Positions 1 through 12,241 of a stretch of 64,000 nucleotides of DNA are shown here, piece by piece. This stretch comes from Geosiphon pyriformis uo1 (Eukaryota; Fungi; Glomeromycota). The first letter of the stretch is position 1; each line of letters opens with the position of its first letter. The position numbers were made by a program, and so were the translations under genes. The notes under the pieces were generated by a model. That model did not search any database. It had not been told where the DNA came from and saw only the letters and a list, made by a program, of their open reading frames with translations. The stretch is taken from positions 1-64,000 of the forward strand of contig JAAOMT010000400.1 of NCBI GenBank assembly GCA_016748015.1, read 5' to 3'.

Positions 1-522
1 TTTACCAAACAAGTTGTTAAATATAAAAATAAGTAATAAAATATCATATTGTTAAAGAGTGATTTTAACAATAAAAAGTCTTATCAAAATTTATTTTAGT
101 TATGTTTTATTTTTACAATTCCTTGATAAATTTTTATAATTTTACTTTCAAAACTGGGCATTTGAATACTACACTCTTTTAATAACTAATTGAAAAAATT
201 CTGGTTATATATTTATTAGAGTAGTTTGGTTTCATTCTCATTATTGGTTGTACTTTTAATATATATAAAGAAATGTGACTTCTTTTTTTCCTTTAAAATA
301 TCTAAGACTGATTTTTGCCCAAAAACAAATAATAATAACAATACTTTCTTTTGCTTTTAATAACTTTATCACATACTTTTTTTTGCTTTTCTACTTACTA
401 AAATAGTCTATACATTCATAATATATTATAATTAATAGCATAATTATAGTAATAAGTGTTCTAGGTAAAAACTATTGTTGTTGTTAAGAAGTTATATAAT
501 CTATAGCTTTTATTTAATAATA
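1..522. mobile_element. Unidentified AT-rich segment interrupting LINE copy A, possibly a decayed LTR
   Basis: LINE A homology to copy B (~7210) stops at ~523. The segment ends in TAATA, the mutated form of the TAACA terminus seen on other LTRs here. No partner found in the window. Confidence 0.3.
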
Positions 523-3500
523 CTGCTTATCAAAAATAATTTTTTTTAAAACCATATTAGTAAAGAACTTAACATCTAAATGAGTTTTAATTAAACTAGG
601 CTTAAACAAACTTTTAGAAAACAAAAAGATACCAAGATATCTATGAGACTTGTCTTTTTGTACAATTAAGATTGGTTAATCACTAATTAACAATAAAATA
701 TTTTTGACCTTTTGGTTAATAGAAATGACTATTGTCTTTTTATTATTAATTGAAATATCATTAATACTAAAGAATTTATTTACAATGTCCAGTATATATT
801 AAGTTGCAGCCTGACTATTTTCCATTCAAATTGTGTTATCAACAAATACACCAGCAGCCAAAAATGAGGTCAATCTATTTTGGGCCTCTATTCTGTCTGT
901 TTTGGCAACAAACTTAGTGTCAATGTGATAACCACACAAGTCTTTATGTTTTTTAACCTCATATAACAAAAAATCATAAAAGATCTTCCAGAGCAAAGAA
1001 AAAAAAATCTTATCCTAATCTAAACTATCATAAACACAATAATTATTAGTAAGCCCAAAGTCTATTATAATCTAGTTTACTCTATTATTGTAAATACTTC
1101 CAAAAAATTTAATGAAATGCTTGCACATTTTAATTTAATTCAAACTGTTCCTCAAGTAGTGCCAGTTTACAAAATTATAGGCTTTTTTCATATCTTACAA
1201 AACCAGCCAAAGTTCACAACTTTTTTTCAAAACATTTTCAATTACTAAGTCTACCACAAAAATAGAAGACTAAGTAAAAGTACTCTTCAATACAAAAAAA
1301 TTTTCTGAACAGTCTCAATCAAAGCAATTGGTCTGGTATTAATTAAAACTTGCTCCCATTTATAAGACTTAGAAATTATTAATACCTAAGCTTTTTTCCA
1401 AGGACAAAGTACTGATTTACACACTAAACATAAATTTAAAAGATCCAAGAACATCATAAGAACAGAATTATTACATTATTTTTGGAGTTTATTGACAATA
1501 CCAAACAAATTAGCAGTTTTATCATCAAGTAATTCCTTGATTACTTATAGCAATTCATCAAAAATAGTGTTTATAACATTAAAGAAAGCAGTATTATTAA
1601 CATAAGACAGTAGCAAATACTAACTACTCTATTAATCAGAAATTCTATTCATAACTAGTTATTTTCTTGTCCAATTCTTTATTATTGTATTAATCTTAAT
1701 TTTAACTTTATTAGAATTCAGAACCAGTTCATTATTTATCACCAAATAATCCAAGACCATTTTTCAAAAAGGGCATTCTAATACATTTCTGATTGTGTAA
1801 CTTTTATTAATAGTGAAACTTTTTATATGCTTGTTAATAGCCAATCTGATTTTTGATTCTTTAGCTTTCAGAAATTTAACAAGTTTAGAGACTCAGTATA
1901 ATTTTCTTGCACCAGAAAGAGCAGACTTAATACAATTAAAGTTAGTATCAAAATTCAGCAAAACTCCAATTTTGGAGGTTTTTTCACCATCCATAGATGT
2001 CCAACAGCACATTAATGATGCAAACTCAATATTGAGCTCCATATAAAAAAACTTGAGAATCTTAGTAACCAAAACTTCCAGTTTGTAATATTTTAATAAT
2101 TTCTTAGTAAAAACATTATTAAAGTTTTTGAATCACTTTTTTTTAAACACTCCATTAGCTGACAGACACATAACTTTGCAAACAACATCCCACATAGCAT
2201 CCAGATTCAAGAATCTCTTATGTGTAACAAATGCATCTGAAACTATAGCTATATTGGTCATCATAGCTTTCTCGAATTTGGTCTATTTGGCATTATTAGT
2301 ATTTTTAAAATCAAACTTCTAATGGTCTCTATTTGCTTGTTTATAAAGGAAATTTAAATATACATTTAAAAGTTCACAAACTTACTAATATGAACACTAC
2401 TTGGTAATTGGTATTAAAATAGTCACTAATATTCAGAATATTACAACTTATCACAGAATTAATTAGATTTGAAGAAACAAATATGTAATCAATTGTTTTT
2501 TTAATGATTCTTGAATTTTTTCAAGTTGGATTGCTTGTAATCAAACTTCTTAACAGAGAATTAATCAGCCCCAAATCAAGATACTTTTTAACACATTTAT
2601 AAGAACTATTCTTATTGAAGTTACCACTCATAATCACAAAAAAAGATTTGTTTACAGTCTTTATAATCATTAAATTTATCTAATTGGGTTAAGCAAAGTA
2701 TGTTGTTAGAACAGTACCAACATACAATTCTAAGATTGAAACAGAAAACTTATTTTTGAAGAGAAGCTTAATAGACAACAGCTGACCAGCAATCTCAGAA
2801 ATTTTGTATACATGTTATGTCAATACAATATTCATTACAATAGTAATACCAAAATCTAAGTAACAAGAATCCAAACCAGAGATAAATACATGAACTTCAT
2901 CAAATTTTTTAATGATCCACAAACAAACTTTTTTTTTTAGCTTCATTTTAGTAACAATAAAAACCAAATTGTTTATTTCTTTATGCCAATAAATAATATC
3001 TTCTTGCTTAGCAGAATTGTTCATGCCTTTAATATTACATGTGACAATTTTTCAAATCAAAATAGTCATTAATAAGAAAAGGCATTAGGTTTTAATTCAA
3101 ATTTGTCTATTTTGGTCATTAAGTCATTTATCAAATCAGACAGATTTTTCAAAGTCACTTCTAACTTAACAATATTTGAAAAAGGTGGAGAAATTTTACA
3201 AGTTGTAGTCTTTCTATTAACAATTACACCTGAACTTTTACTCATTGCTATATCTGCTCCTTAATTTTGTAATAAAAAGGTTACTAATGACTAATATTCA
3301 AGACAAGACTGGAGAACTATCAGCCCAAATATGTCCAATCTCTTTGCCAACTTGTTAATTTGTTCTATAAGACTGTCAAGATTATGTTTCAGAACAGCAA
3401 ACTTTTCATTAATGTCTAACATAACCAGCAGAAATGGCTTTATTTCCAAAGAGGAGCCAAAATTTATTGAATTATTTTACACTGAAAAAAGGAAAGAAAA

Positions 3501-5004
3501 AGACTTACTAACAATTTTTGTCCAAGAAACACCACCAAAAAAACAAGATAAGCTATAAAAGCTGATTTTTTAACATAAATAACAGCCAGTCTGCATTTAT
3601 CAGTCTCTGAAAAAATTTTACATAACAAGTTACCAGAAAAAACTTTCCCACCAATGACACATTCTAATAATATATGACCAAATTTCTCATACTTGATATA
3701 CTTGGCAGAAACAAGGCACAATTAATGCAAATTAGTGTTTTTTAAAACTGGTGTGATTCTTATAATAATATTTAGTAACTTAGCAAAATCAAAACAGACA
3801 ACTGCACATTTAACTCTTGTATATATAACTAGATGACAATCAATGACACATGTTTTTCTACTAACTAAATCAATAAAACTTTAAATATTATGAGTATTTG
3901 TTTCCACAAACAACATGTAGAGCAACACCTTATAATTGTTTTTAGTATTCCAAAATTTTTTGTTTTTATCAGTTCTTGTAACATACACAGTATCTTTTCC
4001 AATTAGAATAGACCACTTAGCTGTAACCAAATCAGTGTGATCCAAATGCTTAAATTCAATCACAGTCTTTTGTCATAGTCCCACCAACTGCATATTGATT
4101 GACTTAATTTGTCCAAACTTGGATAGTACAACATATACTGTCTTAGTTGACATCTCAATTGGAATTTTTTTTATTATCACAATCAATACTTAGCAGATTT
4201 TTTAAGATTGGTATTTACAGAGATATTTCTGGCCTTTGCCAAATTAGTTGCTTGCACCAAACTGGATTTGGAAGTAAACATTGCTCTAATAATTCTAGCA
4301 AATTTTGAGAGAGTAGAGGCTTCTCTAAAACCATTAACTTTTGAAAATAATTTTCTGACCACTACCAGCTTTTCTTGAAAAGACTTTTCAATTACTTTAT
4401 TCAAACCAATATTCAGAGCAAATAACTTTCTAATAAGAATATTGACTAAATTCCTTAAAGGAGGGGGAAGATTTAGTGGAGCATTTAAAAAGATATTATC
4501 ATTATTATTACTATTACTCAAAAAGTTGATTTTTTTCAAAGACTTCTCCAGAGCTTTTTTGGTCTTAACATGTGAACTTTTAGATGTCTGATTAGTATCT
4601 CTACTATTTAAAAAGGCTTTATTACTATAGTTAAAGCTTGTTTTCTTAATTAAACACTTTTTTTTTATGTTAATACTATCTGATTCAATAGTGTTACCAG
4701 TTTTTAATCTCCAAGAGTGATCACTAAAACTCTTAACAAAAACTCTTTTGGCTTCAATATTGTCTTTTAAGACACCACTTTTTTTCTTTTTTCTTAATAA
4801 TACAGGCTTGACAATCTTAACATAACTAGCTTTCATAATAAATTTTTTCAAAACAGCAATATTAGAGCCAACAGTGGCCTTGTAATCAAGCAAAAATGGT
4901 TTGAATTTATTATACTAAATAGTAAAATACTTCTTTCCAAAAAACTTTTTAAAAAACTTTATTAGGCTCTTTTTTAGGAATTTAAGATAAAAAAAAGAAA
5001 AAAG
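523..5004 (-). mobile_element. Degenerate L1-like LINE, copy A (ORF1 and the APE/RT part of ORF2)
   Basis: ORF1 remnants 4893-3070 are collinear with copy B, with a CX2CX4HX4C knuckle at ~3660-3705. The APE start KIVTCNIKGMNNSAKQEDII is at ~3060-2990. RT remnants (RPIALIET, FVDNTI) lie at 1340-820. Many stops. Confidence 0.9.
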
Positions 5005-5028
5005 TTTTTTTTTTTTTTTATTTTATTA

Positions 5029-5147
5029 CGTTTTATGAGTGAGGTCCAAACACTACCTAGAGCTATACATCAAAGAAATGACATAAACTAAGTGTGAATC
5101 ATGCTCTTTCTACACGTGACCAGCCACTCAGGCCGATCAGGACAATA
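5029..5147 (-). promoter_or_regulatory. Structured LINE 3' UTR (hairpin with possible pseudoknot)
   Basis: Sense hairpin TGATCGGCC-TGAGT-GGCTGGTCA (5139-5117). The loop is complementary to CACTCA (5041-5036) just before the poly-A signal. The motif recurs in copies C, D and E. Confidence 0.55.
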
Positions 5148-8100
5148 CTATGCAGCTATATGTACCAAAACAGAATTATCAACACCAGAAAAGAAAAAAC
5201 ATTGTTTATGAAAGCCAAAACAAACGCCAAGAGCTTCAGCCATACCAAGTAGCCTAACAATGCCAGCCGAGAACCTAGAAGCCGAGCCAAAAACCAAGAC
5301 AGGAACTGAACCATCAAGTGGGATAAGATAATTTTTTTCCATGAATGCACGATGCTTAACCCGAACCAACCAAATATCATTTCTAAAAGCAAAACTAAGA
5401 AAATACACAAACTCAACAATATTCGAACTAGCAATCTTGTGAGATTTGAAAACAGAGACAGCTTCATGAAGCCACTCACTAAAAACAAACCCTTTAAAGA
5501 AAGCTGTAAATACAGAGACATCAGAGGCACAAGAAGACAACAGTTGCAGCATGCAGGAAAAAAAGAGAGACAGGCCAGAAAGCACCCTCCAAGATTTTGA
5601 ACATGTATTCAGTATCTGAAGACATGCAGAGTCATCAACCTTGCAAGAGAAAGCATGATCTGATGTCTCTACCTCACCACAATATAAGCATAATACGCTG
5701 GGGTATCTTCTGTTATATAGGCATTTACGAACAGCAACAGGCAGCCAGTGGTGCAATGCCTTCATGAAAAAACTGCATGCATCTGCTGTGGGCTTGCTAG
5801 TGTGACCAGCAGCCATGTGTGAATCAGGATGCCATACCAGTAAGAAGCAGAACCAATCAATGTCCGTGAACAAACTGGCAAGCAGAAATTTAAAACCAGA
5901 ACTAACCTCCCAATGCGCATAACTGACAGAACAAAAAATATCGTGAACAAAATGCCTAGAATTGCCAAAAACAGCCCCACCGTCTGCCAACAAGAAGTGC
6001 GCATGCAATTGAGAAGGAAGGAACCAGCCCAAGTGAGAAGAAGCCCCAACTATAGCATCAGCATGTTCATTTCCAATCACACCAGAGTGACCTTTTACTT
6101 TGTGCCATTCAACCATCAAATTTTTGCCATGAATAATGTTTACAATATGCTGGCATTTGACCCAACAACAATTGCAAAAATCCAGACGCACTAGACCCAA
6201 TTCCGACTTACAGGCATCTAAAGCAGCTTGACTATCAGAGAACAGATGAACAAAACTAGAACAGAGGACACACTCCAGTGCCAGTGCAATAGCTTGCATT
6301 TCCGTCAAAGTAGAAGACAACAGACCTGAAACTCTAACACCCAAACCCAGATCAATGTCACTGAAAAAAACTCCAGCCCCAGCCGTGCAATTCTCGGTAC
6401 CAAGATTTGTTAGAGACCCATCCATATAAACAGAAATACTACTAGAAAGAACTTGGGAAAGCTGATCACGAACCAACACAAAGCCAGGAGAGGCGAGAAT
6501 ACTCTGAAGACTTACATTAACCAAAGCAGGAGAAGGGGCACAAGGAGAAAACGTACCAGACAAGAACTCGACAGAAAGCATAAACCATTCAGGAGTTGGG
6601 CCACAGAGATCCAACCTCTTTCATTGCTTGAATTTGTACCAGTTAAACACGGCACCATGATGATCATGGAGTTGGTCAACAAAGGCAATATCATATTGCT
6701 GGAGTAAAGGAAGGAACCTGACAAATCTAGACTCACCAAGAACAGTAGACATGGGTATCCCACCACAAAGCTGAAATGGACTATCAAAAAAACCACTCAA
6801 AGATAAATTGCAATCAAAGAGAACACAAACAACTCCCACTAAGAAGTTATTCAAAGAGCTGACTTGAACATGAACAGGAACACTCAAAGAATAAACAGAG
6901 CACTAGCACGAAACTTGTAAGTCATAAGACCTGTAGGAGAAAAGGTGACCCAGGATTCCCACTGAGTTTGTAAAACAAATAAGGGAAGTGACTTTACTCT
7001 CCAATTGAATCTGGACAAAAGATTTCAACCCATAGAATGAAAGGTGATGAATCGTGTCACTAGGAAAATCAAGAGGTAATTCAGACTTGGATTTCAAGCC
7101 TCTATGAATCAAAACATTCCACTTATTACACACACTGACAGGAACAAAACTAAACTGAGTTCTATAACCAATGATGGGGTGGAGGACAGCTGACATTAAA
7201 TATAGAAATTGTTTGTCCAATACGGTCTTTTTTAAAACCAAGTTGATAAAAAAACAAACATCTGAATGTGCCTTTGCCAAGCTGGGCTTTGACAGACCCT
7301 CAGATGACACAAAGATACCCAGATAATAATGTGATTCACCTGATTTAGCTATTGAAATAGGAGACCCACTAATGAAAAGAGAAGGTGCACTGGCATGGCT
7401 ATTAATTGAAATGGCCACTGTCTTATCATTATTAATAGAAATATCATTAATGTGGAAAAATTCACTAGCCACATCAAGAATGTGTTAAGTAGCAGTCTGA
7501 CTGCTACCCACCCAGATCATATCATCCACAAAAGTGCCAGCAGTGAAGAAAGACAACAAACCAGTCTGAGACTCCACACGGCTTGTCTTGGCAACAAAAT
7601 GAGAGTTTAACCTGTAACCACACACACTTTACTGTCTCTTAACTTCGCACAAGAGAGGATCATAAAATATACGCCAAAGAAGAGATGAAAACACCTTCCT
7701 TTGGTCCAAGCCATTGTGTACATGATAACCATCCATCAACCCAAAATTAGTTATAACCTGAATGGTGTAACCACCATGAATATTCCCAAAAAACCTAATA
7801 AACCTGCAGCACATTTTTATTTTAACCAAACTTTTCTTAAGATGATCCCAACCAACTGAGTCATATGCTTTTCGCATGTCTTGTAGAACCAGCCAGAGCT
7901 CCCAGTTTTTTTCAAGAGCATTCTCGATCACTGAACCAATCACAAAAATGAGAGACTGAGTTGTAGTGCCTTTGAGAACTGAAAAATTGTCCCCATAAAG
8001 AATGTCAAACTTGCTACATGCCAAAGAAATCTTATCAGAGAAAATCTTGAAAAGAATTTTTCGAGCCGTCTCAATCAAAGCAATAGGATGAGTGTTTGTG

Positions 8101-9825
8101 AGCATGTCCTCCCATTCATAAGGTTTGGGAATCATTGACACCCAGGCTTCTTTCCAAGCACTGGGCACAGACTCACCACAAAGACAAGAATTAATGAGCA
8201 CCAAGAGCATATCAAGAACAGATTTGTCACAGTGCTTCCAAAGTTCATTGAAAATGCCTGAGAGACCAGCAGCCTTCCCGTCAGGTAGGTCAGAGACCAT
8301 GCCAAACATCTCATCAAAACTAACACAGCTCATCACATCTGAAAAAGCACCATCAAACACGTAATCCAAAGGCCGATATTGGCAAGACCAATTTCCCGGA
8401 ATGTTAAAAACCACTCCATGTTTACGAGTCCACCCCTCCATAATCTTATTCACTTTTTTTTTAACAGGATCAGGTTCCAAATACAGCTCATCACCAATGA
8501 CCAAATGATCCAAAACCATCTTGTAGAAAGGCCTCTCCAAGACACTTCTAATAGTATGACCCTTGTTAGATTCAAAGCTCTCCATCCTCTTATCAATAGC
8601 AGATCTGATTTGTGAATCTTTAGCACGTTTTGATTCTGACAACTTTGAGGCATGATAAGACTTCCTGGCTTTGGACAGAGCTGAACGAATGTCATCAAAA
8701 GGAGACCTAGAGAGAAAAAGAGATCTCACTACAGCAGCACCAGCAGAATCAAGTGATTCCCAAGTATTAAGCAGCGATACGAACACCTCACAATCAGTAG
8801 AATAGGAAGCCTTGACCAACTTGGACACCAAAAGTTCTAACTTATGAAACTTGGATGAATGCTTAGTGAAAACGCCATCATAACTTTTAAACCATTTTTT
8901 CCTGAAAACTTCACTCACCAAAAAGCTCATTGTTTTCTGAATAGCATTCCACATCACATTCAAATCTGACAGTTCCTTGGTGGCCAAAAAATCATCAAAG
9001 AACATGGCAGCATTCACTGCTGTGGCCTCCCTGAATCTCAATCACAAGGCAACACCAGCATCCTTAAAATTGTACTTCCAACAATCTCTATTGGCCTGCT
9101 TGTGAACAGAACACAAATGTGTATCCAAGAGACCACCTAAACCAATCAATGCAGAAATGGCATGATAGTCAGTATCAAAGAAATCAGACACATCCAGAAC
9201 ACCACAATCCACAATAGCATTGACCAAATTGGGAGACACAAAAAGATAATCAATTGTTTTCATCACATCCTGGGAATTACTTCATGTTGGAACTTTCACA
9301 AACAGACTACTGACAAAAGAGTTGACCAGATCCAAGCTACCACACTTTCTGAAACTGGTGCTTCTACACAAACCATCTTCATTGAAATTACCACCTAAGA
9401 CCACAAAAAATAATTCATTCACAGCACTAGCAATCAAAACATTCATGTCATCGGCCTGAGAAGAGCGCACCGAAGCCGATGCGCCAGCATACAGACCCAA
9501 AATAGAAACTGAGAGTTTATTCCTAAAAAGCAACTTGACAGAAATAAGATGACTAGGGACCTCAGAAACTTTGCACACGTGCTTGGCCAGAGAATTGTTT
9601 ATAACAATCGCCACCTCAGAACCAAGATGACCAGAATTCAAACCAGAAATAAAAACTGAATTTGCTAGCAATCCAAGGCTGAACCTTATCTTTTAACTTT
9701 GTCTCAGTAACAATTAAAACTAAATTGTTTTTATCTCTGTGCCAACGTATAATGTCCTCTTGCTTTGCTGAATTGTTTATTCCCTTGACATTACATGTGG
9801 CTATTTTCCATACTAAATCATTCAT
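5148..9825 (-). pseudogene. LINE ORF2: AP endonuclease, reverse transcriptase, RNase H and C-terminal Zn motif
   Basis: APE: KIATCNVKG, VTETKL, LGGNFN, IDYLF, TDYH. RT: PIALIE, LQDMRKAYDSV, FVDD at ~7521-7532. RNase H: VYMDGS, TEMQAI, FSDSQ, KVKGHSGVIGNEHAD. C-terminal CLYC..ETSDHAFSC. Several nonsense mutations and a frameshift. Confidence 0.93.
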
Positions 9826-11696
9826 TGAGGTATAAAAGAGACTGCAGAACCCGAGCCAGCACACATCTGATCTAATTTCTCCAATACTGAACAAACTAAA
9901 GCTTTGAGAGCCACCAACTTTGACTCCAAGCAGCCCACTTTTGAAGTCAGAATTTTTGAACTACTCGAACTCAAACTTGAGGCACCAGAAGAAACTGAAG
10001 AAGGAGGAATAACCACAGAATCAGGTTCATCTAAAACCATATCCAAACCAAATTTTATATCAACTGAACCAGGGGCAACCAAGAGCTGAGAAGAGAAGGT
10101 GAGAGCCAAGGGCACCAGGCTTAAATTGTCAAGTTTGTCAATAATACTGGACATCTTATCCATGAGAAGTTCCAAAGAGTGCTCCAAAGAAGCAAGACGA
10201 GTTTCCAAAATCAAACTAACAGGACCCACAAGAAATGAGTGACCAACCAAACCTGAGGCGCCAGGAGAAGAGCCAAAACCAGAACCAGAACCAAAGTGAA
10301 AACCATTAGACAAAGATGCTAAAAAGACAACCTGGGCCCATGACTTGCCGCTAAACGCAGCCAGTCTGGAAATAGGCACACTCTTTTTCGCATATAGCTT
10401 GGCCAACTGGAGGCAGTTCTCATTAGAGACAATCTTTTTAAATGACTTGAAAAGTTTAGAAGAATGTGAGATCTCAGCATCACACTCCAGAACAGAATGA
10501 ACAAGTTTCCCACACTGTTCACACTGAACCAGGTCCAATCTAGCCCAAGAAAGTTTCACCCCACCAAAAACAGGCTCCGTACAAAACGCAGACTCCAAAT
10601 CCTTGTCATTTTTAAAACTAACCACAGCACAATGAACCCTATTACCAGTGTCTAAGGATCAATTTATGACACAAGTTTTCCCACCAGCCCCTGCCAAAAG
10701 ATCACCAAGATCATGAGCCATTGTTTCTACCAGCAAAGTAAACAAAAGCACCTTATACCGATCTCTAAATGCCCACGTCTCACAATCCTTTACAGCTTTG
10801 GCCATGCACACAGAATCTTTCCCAATTAAGAATGACTACTTAGCTGCCAACTGATCTGCCTGACTTGATTTGGCAAACTCCACCACAGCCTTCTGTCACA
10901 GCCCAATAAGTTGCAATTGAATTGACACCACTTGACCAAATTTGGATACTGCGGCGATGATCATTTCTTTTGGCGTATCCATGGGAATTTCCTTGATGAC
11001 TATGGCCCGATCTGAACGAACTCCTTGTTTTTTGAGATTGCTGTTTACGATGATCCCTTCTTTTTTGGCCAATGACACAGCTTTCCTTATGCTCTCCTCA
11101 GATGTAAATATCAATCAGATGATCCCTTCAAATTTTGAGGAGGTAGTGGCCCCCCCAAAACCATTGATCTTTGAAAAAATCTTCCTGATTAATTGAGTTT
11201 TCACCATCGCCAATTTGTCTTCAACAGCTGAAAAATTGATATCCAAGGCAAAAAATTTTTTAACTGCCACCTCTACAGGAGTTTTGACGATTTTGGGATC
11301 AATCCAGATCTTATCCAAAGGCATCTTTTTCATAAGGGGGGGCAGAAGGGGCTTCATTTCTTCATCCATCTCAAAGTCAGGAGAACCAATAGGAGAACCA
11401 AAATTCACACCAGTATTTACATGTTTAGCCTTAGAAGTGTTAACGGCTGAATTCAAGAGAGAACCATCAAAACCACCAGACATACTGTCATCACCAGAAA
11501 GACTTTCTACATCAGAGTATACACTAGCACTAGAACCAAACTTCAAAGAAATATCTTTTTCATCACCAGAGTGTTTAATATTACTAAGAGAAGCCTTCTT
11601 TTTTTGTGAAAAAGAACCACTGGCAGGACCATGAAACACACTCTTAGAAGCCTTTTTACTAGACATGCTGCCACTAGAAGCAGCCTTTGAATCCAT
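9822..11696 (-). pseudogene. LINE ORF1 (gag-like nucleic-acid chaperone, CCHC knuckle), interrupted by stops
   Basis: In-frame ORF pieces 11115-11696, 10896-11114 and 9822-10625. CEQCGKLVHSVLEC knuckle, SWAQV motif and C-terminal coiled-coil-like heptads. Confidence 0.88.
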
Positions 11697-12241
11697 GACA
11701 AAAGGGTTATTAGTTAAAAAAATATTGATATAATACTAATAAGAGAAAAATAAAAACTTCTTCTTTAGAAAATAACTCGTTGGGGTTTTCTAGGAGTAAG
11801 AGAGAAAGAAGTTTTTTTATATAGTTTTTATTGTTATGGTTTTTTTTATATTATTTGGTTTTAAATATTAAAAAAAAATTTATTAAAATAAATAATTTTA
11901 AAATATTTAATAATATTTATAATTTTATAAAATTTTATATAAAATTATTAAATATTTTTAATAAAAACTTTAAATAATCTTAAATATATAAATATAAATC
12001 TGGCTTAAAATATAAGCTAATTTAAATTTACAATTATATGATATTTAAATAAAAGCATTAAATCTAATTTTATTAATAAAAAAATAATTGGTTTATATAT
12101 ATATTTAATAAAAATTTTATACAAAAAACTGTATTAATTATATTAAGTATATAAAAAATTTTAATTATGTGTTTTTATGTAAATTTAATTGAATAATAAA
12201 TTATTATTATTATTATTATTATTAAAAATTTTAAAAAAAAA

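Larger units (their letters stand above)
5005..11811 (-). mobile_element. Full-length L1-like LINE with RNase H, copy B (least decayed copy)
   Basis: 5' UTR, ORF1, ORF2, 3' UTR, AATAAA (5022-5027) and A15 tail (5005-5019) on the minus strand. An A7 tract (11812-11818) precedes the 5' end. Confidence 0.95.

Noticed and set aside
5352-11634. Many plus-strand and alternate-frame ORFs over LINE B
   Set aside because: Shadow ORFs of the LINE coding strand with no independent motifs.
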